The notes below the pieces were generated by a model. It was given only the letters and a program-made list of their open reading frames with translations, was not told the DNA's origin and did no database searches. Of a stretch of 64,000 bases of DNA, positions 1 through 11,875 are shown in pieces. This DNA comes from Lophium mytilinum (taxonomy: Eukaryota), in contig MU004188.1 in the NCBI GenBank assembly GCA_010093605.1, positions 1,243,673 through 1,307,672 of the forward strand, written 5' to 3'. Within the stretch, counting starts at the first letter, position 1, and every line of letters begins with the position of its first letter. A program made the position numbers and the translations under genes.

Positions 1-1574
1 ATCTAGGTACTTATAAAGAATGTTATTAATAAATATCTAGAAGGTGCCGGGACCGTTGCATATACTAAATCCTAAGACTTTAGATTAGAATATTCTATAG
101 CGTGTAATAAACGCTATCTTCTACTTATTACTAGGTTTAATATATACGCGATTAAAGGCGGAAATAATATCTAATTTAGTATACTACTTAGCTTTGCAGA
201 GACAGTTAAGCGTCTTCTAGATAATTAGAATTAGGTATTAATTCTTTATAGTAATAGCGTTAAGACCGCGGTAGTTAATATAGAACTAGTAAGTTCTATC
301 TAGTTTCTTAATAAGTAGCACAGGCGCGTGCGTAGGAGAGTTGCTATTCTTAATAAAACTATTACCTAGTAGCTTCTAGAGCTTATTATAGATAATATAG
401 TTCTTTTCCTCTAATACTACTTAGGTCTTATATTTAGGTAGTAGCGCGTCTAGCTATAGAAGGATTATATAGTTATAGTTATAGTATAGAGGTAGGTTTC
501 CTACTTCTTATTATAACTATATATTAACCTAAGGATAGAAATACTTATCTAACTATTTCTAAAGTTTATTAGATAAATACGTCCTTTATTCCTTTATAAA
601 CTTATTATATTTATTAACTAATAAGGCGTGGAGCTTAAGCGTGCCGTCCCCTTCCGGGACGCTTATAATGTATCCTATCGCAGGTATATTAAATAAGGAG
701 TTATCTAGTATAGGGATAAACTCTAGCCTATAGATCTAAATAAGGTCTTTAGGCTTAGTATAGTAAATATAGTATTCTATAGAACTAATAAATATTGTAA
801 ATAGAAATATAGACTAAAGTTTAACTAGCCTAGTAGGTTATATAGCGCCCTTGCAGAAAATCTTCGCGGGTACGCTGTTACTATAGTAGTATAGATTACG
901 GCATTATAATTAATAGAAGTAGAAGCTTTTCTTAATAAAGTTAATTTCTAAATTATAGGTTTTATACTAATCTATTCTAAGAACTATAGATATATAGCCT
1001 AGATCTATAATATAGTAGACTAGTTACTCTATATAGAAGCCTATAGTAATATTAATAATTACCGCGTATATAATAGATTATAAGAAGTTAGAATTATTAA
1101 TATATATTAAGTGGCGAGGGGAATTAAAAGGGATATAATGGATTTTATGTTTACGCGTAAATAATTAATTAATAAAAGAGAATATTATACTATTATTAGA
1201 GAAAGAGTAAGTATAAATAATTTAATTACTATCTAAGGCTATAGAATAAGAAAGTAAGTACTAACTACCTTTCTTTAGCTAGAGCTTTATAATGTTATAC
1301 TAAGTATATATAACAGCCGTGGCGGAAATATAAAGTTCCGGCTAGCTCTTATTATTCTTAATATACTCCAGCACCTCTTATAGCTAGAAAGGGGTATTAA
1401 GCTAGGGTAGGGGTTCTACTACCTTCTTTATTTAGTGCTTTTTAAATATTCTATATTTAGTGCCCCTATAGCGGCTTTTATATAGTTTCTAGTCCTTCCT
1501 TTATAGTTCTAGAAGGTTATTAGTAGAAACTAAGTCGCCGCATTTAGAGGAAGTTAGTGTAGAATAGAGGGAGG

Positions 1575-1622
1575 ATAACGGGGTTAATAACGGGGTTAAT
1601 AACAGGGTGGATAATAGGGTGG
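1575..1622. repeat. 4 x 12-bp tandem repeat inside retrotransposon pol N-terminus
   Basis: ataacggggtta ataacggggtta ataacagggtgg ataatagggtgg; codon-multiple unit in the pol frame (TLLS/TPLL, consistent with RIP-altered TPSS). Confidence 0.8.
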
Positions 1623-3970
1623 GTTTATAATTAATTATAATAGGTTCTTAGGCGCAACTATACTTAAGAACTACTTATTTTCCTAGCTAGAAAATGTAGT
1701 ATTAGTGGCGCGTAGAGAAAGGCTACTAGTTATCTAGATAGAGAAGTTTTAAAGAGGATAATTATTATTAATAGCGCGGTAACTAATGTAGCGGCAGTAA
1801 TTATACGCGCCTACTACACGCGTTCTCTCTTTATTAGCTTTAGTAAGCTTACTAATGCTCTAGATATATACTAGTTTATCCGCTAGATTTATAGCGCGCA
1901 AGCGTTATTCTATACTAGCTGCGGCCATAATAGTGGGGGCGCATAGAGTACTTATAGCAGTTATTAAAGAAGTTATTATAGTTACAGTTATTATATTAGT
2001 ACCTATAGTAGGCGTAGATAAGTATCTACTATAGCCGCGGCCCCGGCCGCGAGTGGATTAAGTAGTTATTATAGTAGATAACGCCGTAGTCTAACAGGGC
2101 TAGAAGATAAGGGTATTATACTTCTTAGCCTACTAGAAGGCTATATTCTATATATCTATAGTGCAGATATATTATATAAAATTATTAAAATAATTATATA
2201 TTACGCTGTTAATAAGCTTAGATTATAGGTATAGTATAAGACATGTCTTAAACTAATAGATAAGCTTAGCGGCCCCCTAGTTAAGATTACTAGTAATGTC
2301 TAGAAAATAGTTATAAAATATAGTAAATAAATTATTACCTATATAAAGAGTTTCTAGCTGTATTAGGGCCTTAGCCTTAATATTATATTCGCTATATCTA
2401 TTATCTAGAGAATAGAGGGCGTTAATCTTATTATAGATAACCTAATTGCGGTAGTATACCTAAATATACTTAAAGGGTCTACTTAAGAGAACGCTCTTAA
2501 TATAATTAAGCTTATAGTTATCTATCTTATTAGAAAAAGTATAGTAAATCTTAGTAAGAACCTTACTGCGCTAGATTAGATATATATTAAGGTCCTCTCC
2601 GTTAAATATAACTAGGTCCGGCCAGCAGTGGGTGCACTAGTAGAACATTAATAATAGTAGCTAAGTATATAGTAGAGTATAGCTATTATAGTAGCTATTA
2701 TTATAATATTAGTTATCTAATTATTTATTATATAGAGAGGCGGAGTAGCGGGCTTAGTTACTACTACTATAGAGGTTTATATATAAAGCAGGAGGAGTAT
2801 ATATAGGCTCCGCGTAGGTATTATTATTATAGCTATTACAACTATAGTTATTAGGCCTACCTAGAGGTTATCCTCCGGCCCCGCCGTTTATCCACTAATA
2901 GTTAACGTTGTCGTCGCGCCGCTTATTATTATTAAAACGAACGGGTCCTTTAGACGTCTTAGTAGGCTTAGACTATTATTATTAAAGGTTGTACGCGTGC
3001 GCCTAGGCCGCCTAGAGATTAAGTTTAGCATTATTAAGCTGGATTTTTAAGTCTCTAATAACTTTATCTATATTATTAAACCGCTTATAGAGGTTTATTT
3101 TTATATTTTTCTATTTCTCTAGGCCAGCGCCGTAGTTGTTAATATAGATGTTAGTACTCTTAACTAGAGCGTATAGTAGTTTAAAGGCTTTAAGAGGTTT
3201 AGAATTTACCTATTAATAGAACTTAAATAAGCTCTAGAATATAGTGCCTTCTAGCTTTATAGTTAGGTTCTTAATATTATATAGGTCTAGAAGGAGGTTA
3301 AAGGTAATAGGGCTTTCTATATTCTAGTTCTAAGAGTCTATACTAATAGTATAGAAGTCCTAGGTATTAAGAGCCTCTACTATAGCTATATTAAGTAGCT
3401 TACTAACATACTTACGCTACTTAGTAAGACGGTTTTATTAATTCTTTATATATAAGGCTAAGCGGTTAAGGTTTATTTATAGTACCTTCTTATCCGCTTT
3501 TTTAAAGATGTTGCTCTAAGTATAGTTCTATATCTTATTAAAATTCTAGTAACTAACCCCCCCCTTACCTTATAGAATGTTAGAGTTATAGGGTTACCTA
3601 CCGGGCGTATTAATATAGTTAGTTATACCTAGTTATTTATAGTAAGGCCTAGGCTTTATGCAGGTATAGGAAATAAGAAGAGAGTATTAAAGTAAGTAAG
3701 TAAGAAAAGAAAATATATTAGTTTTAAGGTTAGTAATTAAGTAATTATATAGCTAAATCTTAAAGCCAGTAGTAGTACCTATATAGGTGCGCGTGTGCAC
3801 GGCGGTATAGCTATATAAAAGAAATTAAGGTTTCTATATTTCTAGGTTTTAAAGAATAACGCAACCTAGTATTAGGCTTATAGTTAAAAAGAAGTTATAT
3901 TTCTATTAATAAGGTTATATAGAGAGGAGAGAGGCTCTAGCTATAAGCCTACTATATAGTTAAGTGCGCG

Positions 3971-4024
3971 CCGGTAGAACCCCGGGCGCCGGCAGAACCT
4001 CGGGCGCTAGAAGAACCCTCGGCC
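3971..4024. repeat. 3 x 18-bp GC-rich tandem repeat in retrotransposon leader
   Basis: ccggtagaaccccgggcg / ccggcagaacctcgggcg / ctagaagaaccctcggcc, immediately internal to the putative LTR end. Confidence 0.75.
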
Positions 4025-4033
4025 TGGAGATTA

Positions 4034-4695
4034 TGTAACGTCTATGCACGTAATAACCCCTAACCTTAATAACTACTAAGAGAATACTAAGAAATAATAT
4101 AATAAAGTAGTACCTCTCTAGATATACTAGGCGCTTAGCTATAGTATATATTACTTTTTTAGGCGTAGTAGAGTATATATTAAATCTTATCTTTTTATCT
4201 ATATTAAATAATATAGGTGCTAGCTATTAGATTTTATATAGGCGGAAGCTAATAAACTATTAGCCGCGGTATTAAAATAGGCAGGCTATAATATTAAAAT
4301 AGTAAGGCTATATAGCCTTACTATATATATACTTACTAGGTCTCTTAATAGTAAACCTTCTTATCTATATTATTAAGATTCTACTTAAAATAAGGCGTTT
4401 AGAAGTGCGCACGCCTATCTAGAGCTTAAATACCACGCTAAGCCTTATAGAGTTAATCTTTCTATTAATTTAAGGCTGCCTAAAGTAGTAGAAACCTATT
4501 ATTAAACTTATTATTACTTATCCTTATAAAAAACCTTAAAAAACTAAATTTTCTATAGTAATTTCTTAGCCGCAGAACCTTAGCTGAAAATCCCTCTAAT
4601 ATTGCCCTTTTTAGCTAGCTAAATTGCAGGGACCCTCTTGCTATATTCCTTGTACACTAAATACGTGGCTAACCTTAATTTGTATAGGCGTTACG
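4034..4695 (-). repeat. Putative 5' LTR of the Gypsy element
   Basis: Bounded by an imperfect 15-bp inverted repeat, tgtaacgtctatgca (4034-4048) and tgtataggcgttacg (4681-4695), which differ only by transitions. The minus strand ends in GTTACA at 4034. AT-rich composition stops near 4690. The second LTR is outside the window, so the boundaries are unconfirmed. Confidence 0.5.
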
Positions 4696-6253
4696 CCCGT
4701 GCGAGGCCGCCAGGCCTCATCGGGCGTGTGGGCAATCTCGTGTGGGTGTGGGAGAAAAACCGCTATACTGACTTTTCGCAGCGCGACGGCTCGCTCTGAT
4801 CGGCGGGAGCTGGGGCCGCTGTAAGTCACACGGGAGGCGCCTCGACGGCAGCGCTCCAGGTTGATCTAGCTACCAGGGCGGAGAGACACGAGAGTAGCCA
4901 CAGTGGAGCGGAGACGGCGGGACGTTTCTATCCTAAACATGCAGGCGGAGTTTGCTGCGAGCAGGCCCACTGCGAGGCCCATTGCGGGCCCGGTTGCAGC
5001 GCGCGAGCACACGCAGCCTGATCTGGCGGGGACAACGCGGCTGGTAAGCGTCATTCATGCGCAGACGTTGCAAAGGAGCCGTGCTGAAGCCGCCGAGCTG
5101 GAGTTGGGGAGCACAACAACCGCATGAAGAGCCAAACAGGAGGTCCCATCGGCGGTGATCAGGCACGATCTGGTCCCACCGCGCGGTACGGGACCGACAG
5201 TTCGCAGTACAGTCCCGCGCGACTGCGTAGTCATGGCTGCCGCTGGTCTGCCGTCTGCCGCCGTGTTGGTGGCGCCTGGAGGTTGGCGATGGGCGGTTGG
5301 TGTTGAGTCGTGAAGGTCAAAAATAAGTGTCTTCAGGCTTGATATACCCCCCAAATCCTCCACCACGGCCTCCTCGCAGCGGCCCCCCAGCGACACGACG
5401 CCGCGTGCGTGCGTTGCGCCAATGATTGTGTGCAGACACGGCCCGCCGGACTGGTCCGCTTTGCTCTAAGCCGAATCCGCGCGTGACGGATGGGAGGGCT
5501 TGCATGCTCCTCTGCCCAATCGCAGCTCCAAACGCCTCTTTTTTATCAACTCCAGCCGCCTAAGCAGGCACAGTTGAGAAACCCGCCTCTGGTAGGCGTC
5601 GTGTCACCCTCATCCCGGAAAGCCTAGGTGGCCTGGCTTAATGCACCGTCTCTGATTAGCTGGGAGGAGATCAGAGGCCTGGGATTCCTCCTGCTCCAGC
5701 ATTCACCTATTTGTCCAACAGCACGCCGAGATACAGCCTCCCCGGTATCTCCCCTCGTAGTGCTCCCAGACCGTCCTTGCTGCTCCGAGCGCCCCAAGCC
5801 GCTGGCCCAGAGGCCCCGTCCTATTCTGAGCAATATCACCTCGTCCAGGTGCTGGCTAAGCGCCCTGCGCTGATTCGCACCCAAGCTACCAGGTCTCTTT
5901 CTCCTCTCTTCGCGCCTCTTCCTGCTTTTTCCTCTCTTATTCACGTCTCCAGCTGCACGTCTTGCTCCCCGTTGTACTTCCAGCACACACCTCCCAGAGC
6001 GGGCGCATGCATACCGCCATCCAGGGCAGAACATCCCAGTCACCTGTGTGGGGCATCACCATACCGCCCTCCAGACGCCTGGCACCCGCAACACTGCTGC
6101 CCTGCCTTTAGCGCGCACCTCGGGGTAGGTCAATTCTCCGGATATACATTCGAGTCCCTTCGTTGCTATTCCTGGCGCGGACCCCCTCCTGACACTCTTG
6201 ACGAGATATGCCCCTCCTCGGTCCCCAGACTGACTGAACCAGACGTGCGTGAG

Positions 6254-9200
6254 ATGTCGACCGGACAGCTGTCGCGGCAGCGCTCGCAATCGAGGAGCTC
6301 CAAGCGATCTGACACCAGAATGAAGCCGCCAACTCCCAGTATCACGCCCGGAAACGACGAGTTCGGCTTCGAGCCATGCGCGGCAACGGCCTCCTTTCTG
6401 CTGTATGCTCAGCGGAATGTCATCCTCTGCCTGCACCACGACACGCTTGCCATTGAGCGCCGTTTTACCCGCCATCGAGAGGATGTTACATGGATTTCGG
6501 TGGACAATGTGAGCGAGAGAGGTGCTGGACGGCTCGTTGTGAGCTATGATGCCGGCAGTACCGCGATTGTGTGGGATCTTTTTACCGGCGAGGAGGTTGC
6601 GCGGTTCGCTTCTTACGAGCAGATCCGGGTGGCTGCGTGGATGCGGAACGGCAATGTTGCATTTGGTCAGTGTGCCGCTTTTGTTGCTTTTATTGACCAA
6701 AGTGCTGACGCTTGCAGGCAATGCCCAAGGAAACGTCATTCTGTTTGAACCGTCGACTTCCGAGCATATTTCATCAAGAACCATTTTCGACCCAATTACT
6801 GCCTTGGCGCCCGCGGCAGACTGTAGAACGTTCGCAATTGGGTAATTAGAAACTCCATTCGAACCACGCTGCGTGGTATGACTGACCACGGGTAGTTATT
6901 TAAACGGATCTATTCTTATCACGACCCTTCAACCGACCTTCACAATCCTCCACACGCTCACAACTCCAAGAGCGCCATCGCCGCTTGTAGGATTGGCCTG
7001 GCATGGATCGTCTTCCAAGCAGAAGTCGGAAATGTTGGCGACGCAGACTTCGGATGGAGACCTGCGGGTGTGGAGTGTGCCCAAGGCACCCCATGGGGAT
7101 GCGCCCTGTGTGATAAGGATCCTGAACAAGTCAGAAAGTTATAGGGAACCAGGGCCGTGCTGGTTCGGATGGTCTAAAAACGGACGTATCGTGCAATATT
7201 CTGAGGGGTAAGTTGCTCAACGCTCATGCATATTCACCCGACTTGGCGGCGCGATAAGGCTGACCTTGTTGTTATAGCCAAACATGTGCGTGGGATGTTC
7301 GGACGAAAAGGGTATCCTATGAGCCAGTGCCTACCATTGACGGGATTGTTGCCATTGCCAATTATGGGCCGACTGCAACGCTGTTCACCTTGGGGCGAAA
7401 CCACACGGTCCAACAGTACGACATCAACCCGAATGGCACCGCTATGATGGTCGCCGATAAACAACATCCTCCTGCGAACACTCCTCCTTCTCCGCCAGTC
7501 TCCCTGGAGGAGCGAAGAAGAAAGAATGTCAGCGAGACCCCGGTCACGGCGCATCCTGCGGGCAAATTGATGGTACCAATGCTTCCCGTATATATTGAGT
7601 CCGAGTCTAGCGAAGGCGAAGGCGTGGCAATGTCTCCCCTACAGAAGATAGCGCAAGAGATGGATCAGCTAGAGGAAGAAAGACGGGATCGAGTTACTCC
7701 ACTGAGTCCAGTGTCAAGCAGAGGTTCGCAAAGCTCAAGATCGTCAGGCGGGTCTCGAGGCGGAGGCCCCAAGTACCGCTACGACAAGCCTTCAACAACA
7801 GCGTCGAGATCCTCTAAAGCGTCCATGAGCTCCGCAGGTACAGGAACGATTTTCTCCTCAGGCTCCTCTTCTGTTCCCATGTCATCTGGGGATAGCGTGT
7901 CCATTCGATCCTACTCCACCACATCTTCAAAGCCTTCATACAAATCCTCGAGCCTACGGAACCAAGTCATGAACAGCCCCGACGATGTGAAGAAGCCTAA
8001 GTTTTTTGACTTATTCCCGTACACGAAAGCTCGACTCAGCGACGTGACATTTAAAACACCGCAATATGGCCAACAACGTACTCCGGACGATCTGCGACAG
8101 CAGATGCTCAGCGTAGTGTTTGGGTGGGACGACGATATCGAGTCTCTAGTTCGCGACGAGCTTGCTCGACACGCTCCTGGTACGCCTGCTTCTGTGTTAC
8201 TCTCGAAATGGCTTGGAGACCTCGGAGCCGACATGATGGCTTCTATGGTCGGATCACAATCCATGACTTCCTCAGATTGGATGCTTTTAGCTCTCAGCTC
8301 CATGGGCCAAGATTCTCAGAAGAAGGTTGGCGAAACCTTTGTTCAACGACTGCTCGAAAAAGGTGACATCCACCCTGCGGTCGCAATTCTTCTAGGTCTC
8401 GGCGAACCGAACGAGGCGATCGAAGTCTACGTGTCTCGCAAATACTTCATGGAAGCCATCCTGCTGACCTGTTTGCTGCTACCAAACGACTGGCAGCGAC
8501 AATCTTTCCTGGTGCGTAAATGGGGCGAGGTAGCTGTCTCGCATGGCAAACCAGAGCTTGCAGTGCGCTGCTTTTCCTGCACCAGCCTCGAGTCTTCAGA
8601 GCCTTGGTTCTCCCCACGTGCCCAAGACGCAGTCTTTTCGGCACAGAAGCAGGTTCTTCTCGGATCGCAGCTCAGCCCGCCACTCTCTCCTCCTGGAGGC
8701 CAAGTACCTAGCCGCATTACGGCGAAGTTGTCGGCACTCAAATTGGTCACTAATTTCGGCGAGAAGCCCTCTCCACAGATGCTTTCAACCACTGATGAAC
8801 AGACACCAATGAACGTTGGCGTAACACCTATTGCCGAGTCTGCTCTCAGCCCAACTGGTGCAACGAACCAATGGCTACGGCCCAGCACTCGGGGTCTGCG
8901 AGAGCCTTCTTCGGCCAGGACAGCTACTCCAGGGGCCTACCGACGAAAACGCCTTCCGTCGAAATCTGACGCTGATCGTTCTGAGAGACAAGAGCGCGGA
9001 CCGACCTCGAGTCTTGCAGCGCTTGTCATCCCTGATCGTATGCCTGAACGGAGCGCACGTGTAGACACTGCCATTCCGCAAACCGCAGTAGACACGACTG
9101 GTAGAGAGGGTCAGACGATTCCTTTCTCCCATCGCCGTGCTTCGTCCTCCAGCGCACCTAAGGAGTTCACCCTGAGTGCGGCCACCTACGATCCTAGGAA

Positions 9201-11670
9201 TATTAATAGCAGTATTGCGAAACAAACGAGCGTTCCAGCTCCATCCGATGGCGTTTTTGCATCTCTGAGGCAGCAGTCTCGGTCGCGAAATGGTTCCAGG
9301 GCGAGGAAACCGGACGGACTTCATCTGGAAGTGCATGAGACCATCGACAGCGTCTCAAACGCAGGTCTCAGTGGTACCGAGCTCAGCCCACCTTTGACCG
9401 GAGCGAGCGTCAAAAGCGCAAAGGCTCGAAGCATGGACCAATATATCAGCAGTCTGGAGGAGGCCAATTTCTATGCTCGACAACATGCTGGTGGAAGTCG
9501 CAATGAGAACCGCACTCCAAAGCCAGAGGTCACACGCCCTGAAAGCCGCAACGCGCGAGCTCGTAGTCGGCCTCGCGATCTTTCTGAAAGTCGTGGCCGA
9601 TCTGGCGTTCGATACATCCGTCCTGCGAAACGCTCTCCGTCTTCTCCTGTGCCAATGTCCCCCGAAGACGCCGGGATTTACCCTCGTTCCAAGAAGGAAG
9701 CCAGCACCAACACGGAGAACTTTGATGATGAGCGCTACTATAGGATCACTTCTCCCATTGAGTCCATAGCCGAGTCTGTCGCAAGCAGCAGGCCAAGGCA
9801 TCGCAGCCGCAGCAGAGCGACCACCAAGGTTCGGTCATCTTCAAAGGCTTCTCGACGGGTAGAATCCCCAGATCGTGCGAAAGCCGGCAATAGGGCTACG
9901 AGCAGGGCTACAAGCCGTCGTCCCGCAGACGATCGAGGCCGGAGCAACACTCGAGGTGACGCACCTATTCCCCGATCGCCGTCTTCTCCACTTCCAATGA
10001 ACTCACAAGCCTTGCTCTACCGAGACGACGATGACGGCCGCGATGATGAGCCAGTACGACCACGACAACGAAGCACAAGTCGCCGACCTCAAGAACGAGG
10101 CACCAGTGCTCGTCGTGATCCTTCTCCCGACCGCCGAATGGCCCGCGACCGATCTGCGAGCCGAAGAGGCACTCCTGCTCCATCTCTGAGAGGGCAAAGC
10201 CGATCACGTCAAAATTTGCGGGAACCCTCTCCAGATAGGAGCGAGAGACCTGAAAGCTACCATTCCAACAACTCCAGTGTAAGGTCAGGCAACACGGGCA
10301 GGGAACAACCACCCCCTCAGCCTTCTCATCTCCGACTGATGTCCAGGAAAGAGCTTGCTGCTCGGGAGTTAGAGGAGAGACGCTTGTCGTTGGCTCGTCG
10401 TCCTTCGGCACCGATTATTCCTCACCCTGGTGACCTAGCTCATCGCCCAATCTTTGCAGAGCGTTCTCAGACGGATCAGGGTCACAGTCCCTCTTATCTC
10501 CAAAGCCAAGTCGACCCCATCATGCGCAGCCAGACCGCCGACCCTGAGGTGCAAAAGCGCTACTCCCCTAAGCAGATGGCTATGCCGCCGTATGCCATAG
10601 GTCTACCAGCGACTCCAAGGGCTATGCGCCACCCTAAATATATGCATGGCGACCCGAACAATGTCGAGGTTATTCCTGCGGTGCCAACTATCCCAGACAA
10701 CCTGGGTATGTTGCAGTCGCCCGAGCAAATGCTGGCCGATGATTCCCTCGGCCCTTTGCTTCCCGCTACCGTATACGGCCAAAAGATCCCCCAGCCACCA
10801 AGGTCTGCTTCAGCACCTCCAGAGAAATTCCAGGGAAACTTCCCGAGGGCTGCTCCTGTCCAACAGCAACCGCCTCCCCTACGTCGTGGTTCTCTTAGTA
10901 ACCGCGGACACTCCCGAATCAACACCTCGCCCGAAGTTGGTGTCAATTACAAGCGAGTAAGCCCGCCGCCGTTCAGAGCCAGCATCGATGAAACATTGCA
11001 CGAGAATCAGATCGTCATCATCGAACAGGACCCCAACGTCCCGCCAATGCTTGCTGAGCTTCAGCATCTCGCTGGTCCTCCACCGCCTCCACCACCGCCA
11101 CTTACATTCGGCCACAGTCCTAAGAACAGTCTTGGGGTCATCAACATTGCTATCGAGGAGAACCCTACCGCCACCAGTCAAACAACTTCTCCACAGCTTG
11201 AAAACCCTCCTCTCGTGACCAACTCTCCTCTCATGACCACCTCTCCTCTTACCCACCGTCGTGGTCGTGGAAGTGTCAGCGAGAACATCGGAGCCAAGTT
11301 CCGGTCAGTCACAGAGCGGATGCGCAGCACCAGCCGCAATAGAGTCAAGTCACCGCAGTCTGAACAAGCCCACAATCCGTCTCCTTACGAGAGCATTCCG
11401 CCGCCAATCCCGTTCCCTCGCAACGCGCGCTCGCCTACTGAACACACCGTGTCACAGTACGGCGCCATCCCTCCGCCCCCACCGCCTCCAGCCCCAGGAA
11501 GTGGCGGCCAGATGATGGAGCAGGTCATCCCGCCCGAAGACGGCAGCATGTCGAGGCGCGACACGCAGTCGCAGTTCTACCGCAATCCGAAGGAGATCAG
11601 AGCCAATATGCCACCGGAGCAGCTCCAGCAGGGCGTGTACCAACAGCCAGTTGAGGCGGGCATGATCTGA
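6254..11670 (+). CDS. Large WD40-repeat protein with Gemin5-like helical domain and long disordered S/R/P-rich C-terminus
   Basis: ATG at 6254 (MSTGQLSRQRS); GT-AG introns 6666-6717, 6842-6895 and 7208-7277 join ORFs 5711, 6546, 6993 and 7327. WD-type motifs (VVSYDAGSTAIVWD, ATQTSDGDLRVWS) are followed by LLEKGDIHPAVAILLGLGEPNEAIEVYVSRKYFMEAILL, which resembles the Gemin5 TPR-like region. Confidence 0.8.
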
Positions 11671-11712
11671 TGCATCTGATTTGCGACGTCTTTGTCTGAA
11701 CACGGGTACCTG

Positions 11713-11875
11713 CATGCTTCTCGACATACAGTCCCCCCCCTGTACGGGCGACGATGGTCAATGCTGCAACAAGGGTCAATTGCACTGTAAAAACCCTTGA
11801 CCGAGCCTTGACCATCGTCGCCCGTACAGGGGGGGGGGGACTGTAGTCGAATGAAGGCGGGTGTCTCGAAGCATG
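11713..11875. repeat. Long imperfect inverted repeat (hairpin) just 3' of the WD40 gene stop codon
   Basis: Arms 11721-11761 and 11808-11850 are reverse complements apart from homopolymer length (C8 vs G11) and a 1-nt bulge. An inner stem caagggt/acccttg and an outer stem catgcttc/gaagcatg extend it. Confidence 0.9.

Larger units (their letters stand above)
1..4695 (-). mobile_element. RIP-degenerated Ty3/Gypsy LTR retrotransposon (5' part: LTR, gag, protease, start of RT); truncated by window edge
   Basis: AT-rich, TpA-rich and CpA/TpG-poor, with no ORFs in the track. Minus-strand translation of ~500-1 reads NLPLYYNYNYIILL*LDA...SFIKNSNSPTHAPVLLIKKLDRTY*FYINYRGLNAITIKN*YLILII*KTLNCLCKAK*YTKLDIISAFNRVYIKPSNK*KIAFITRY...CNGPGTF*IFINNILYKYLD. 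This is the Gypsy RT N-terminus (GFI..S.SP..APVLLVKK.DG..RFCVDYRGLNAIT.KNRYP.P; TKLD...AF; KTAF.T.YG) after C>T/G>A changes. A protease-like SNNSIIFSFIN (D-x-G-A-T..FID) lies at ~1165-1200 and a knuckle-like GAYNYCRYISYRAINNNYP at ~1750-1812. Confidence 0.93.

Noticed and set aside
780..960. Initial resemblance of the RIP region to a tyrosine-recombinase (Starship captain) segment
   Set aside because: The same frame continues into clear Gypsy protease and RT motifs.
4052..4072. Telomere-like taacccctaacctt
   Set aside because: Only about two degenerate units inside a RIP-mutated LTR; not a telomere tract.
5711..6253. Long upstream extension of ORF 5711-6748
   Set aside because: TTG start and CT-rich UTR-like sequence; the first plausible ATG is at 6254.
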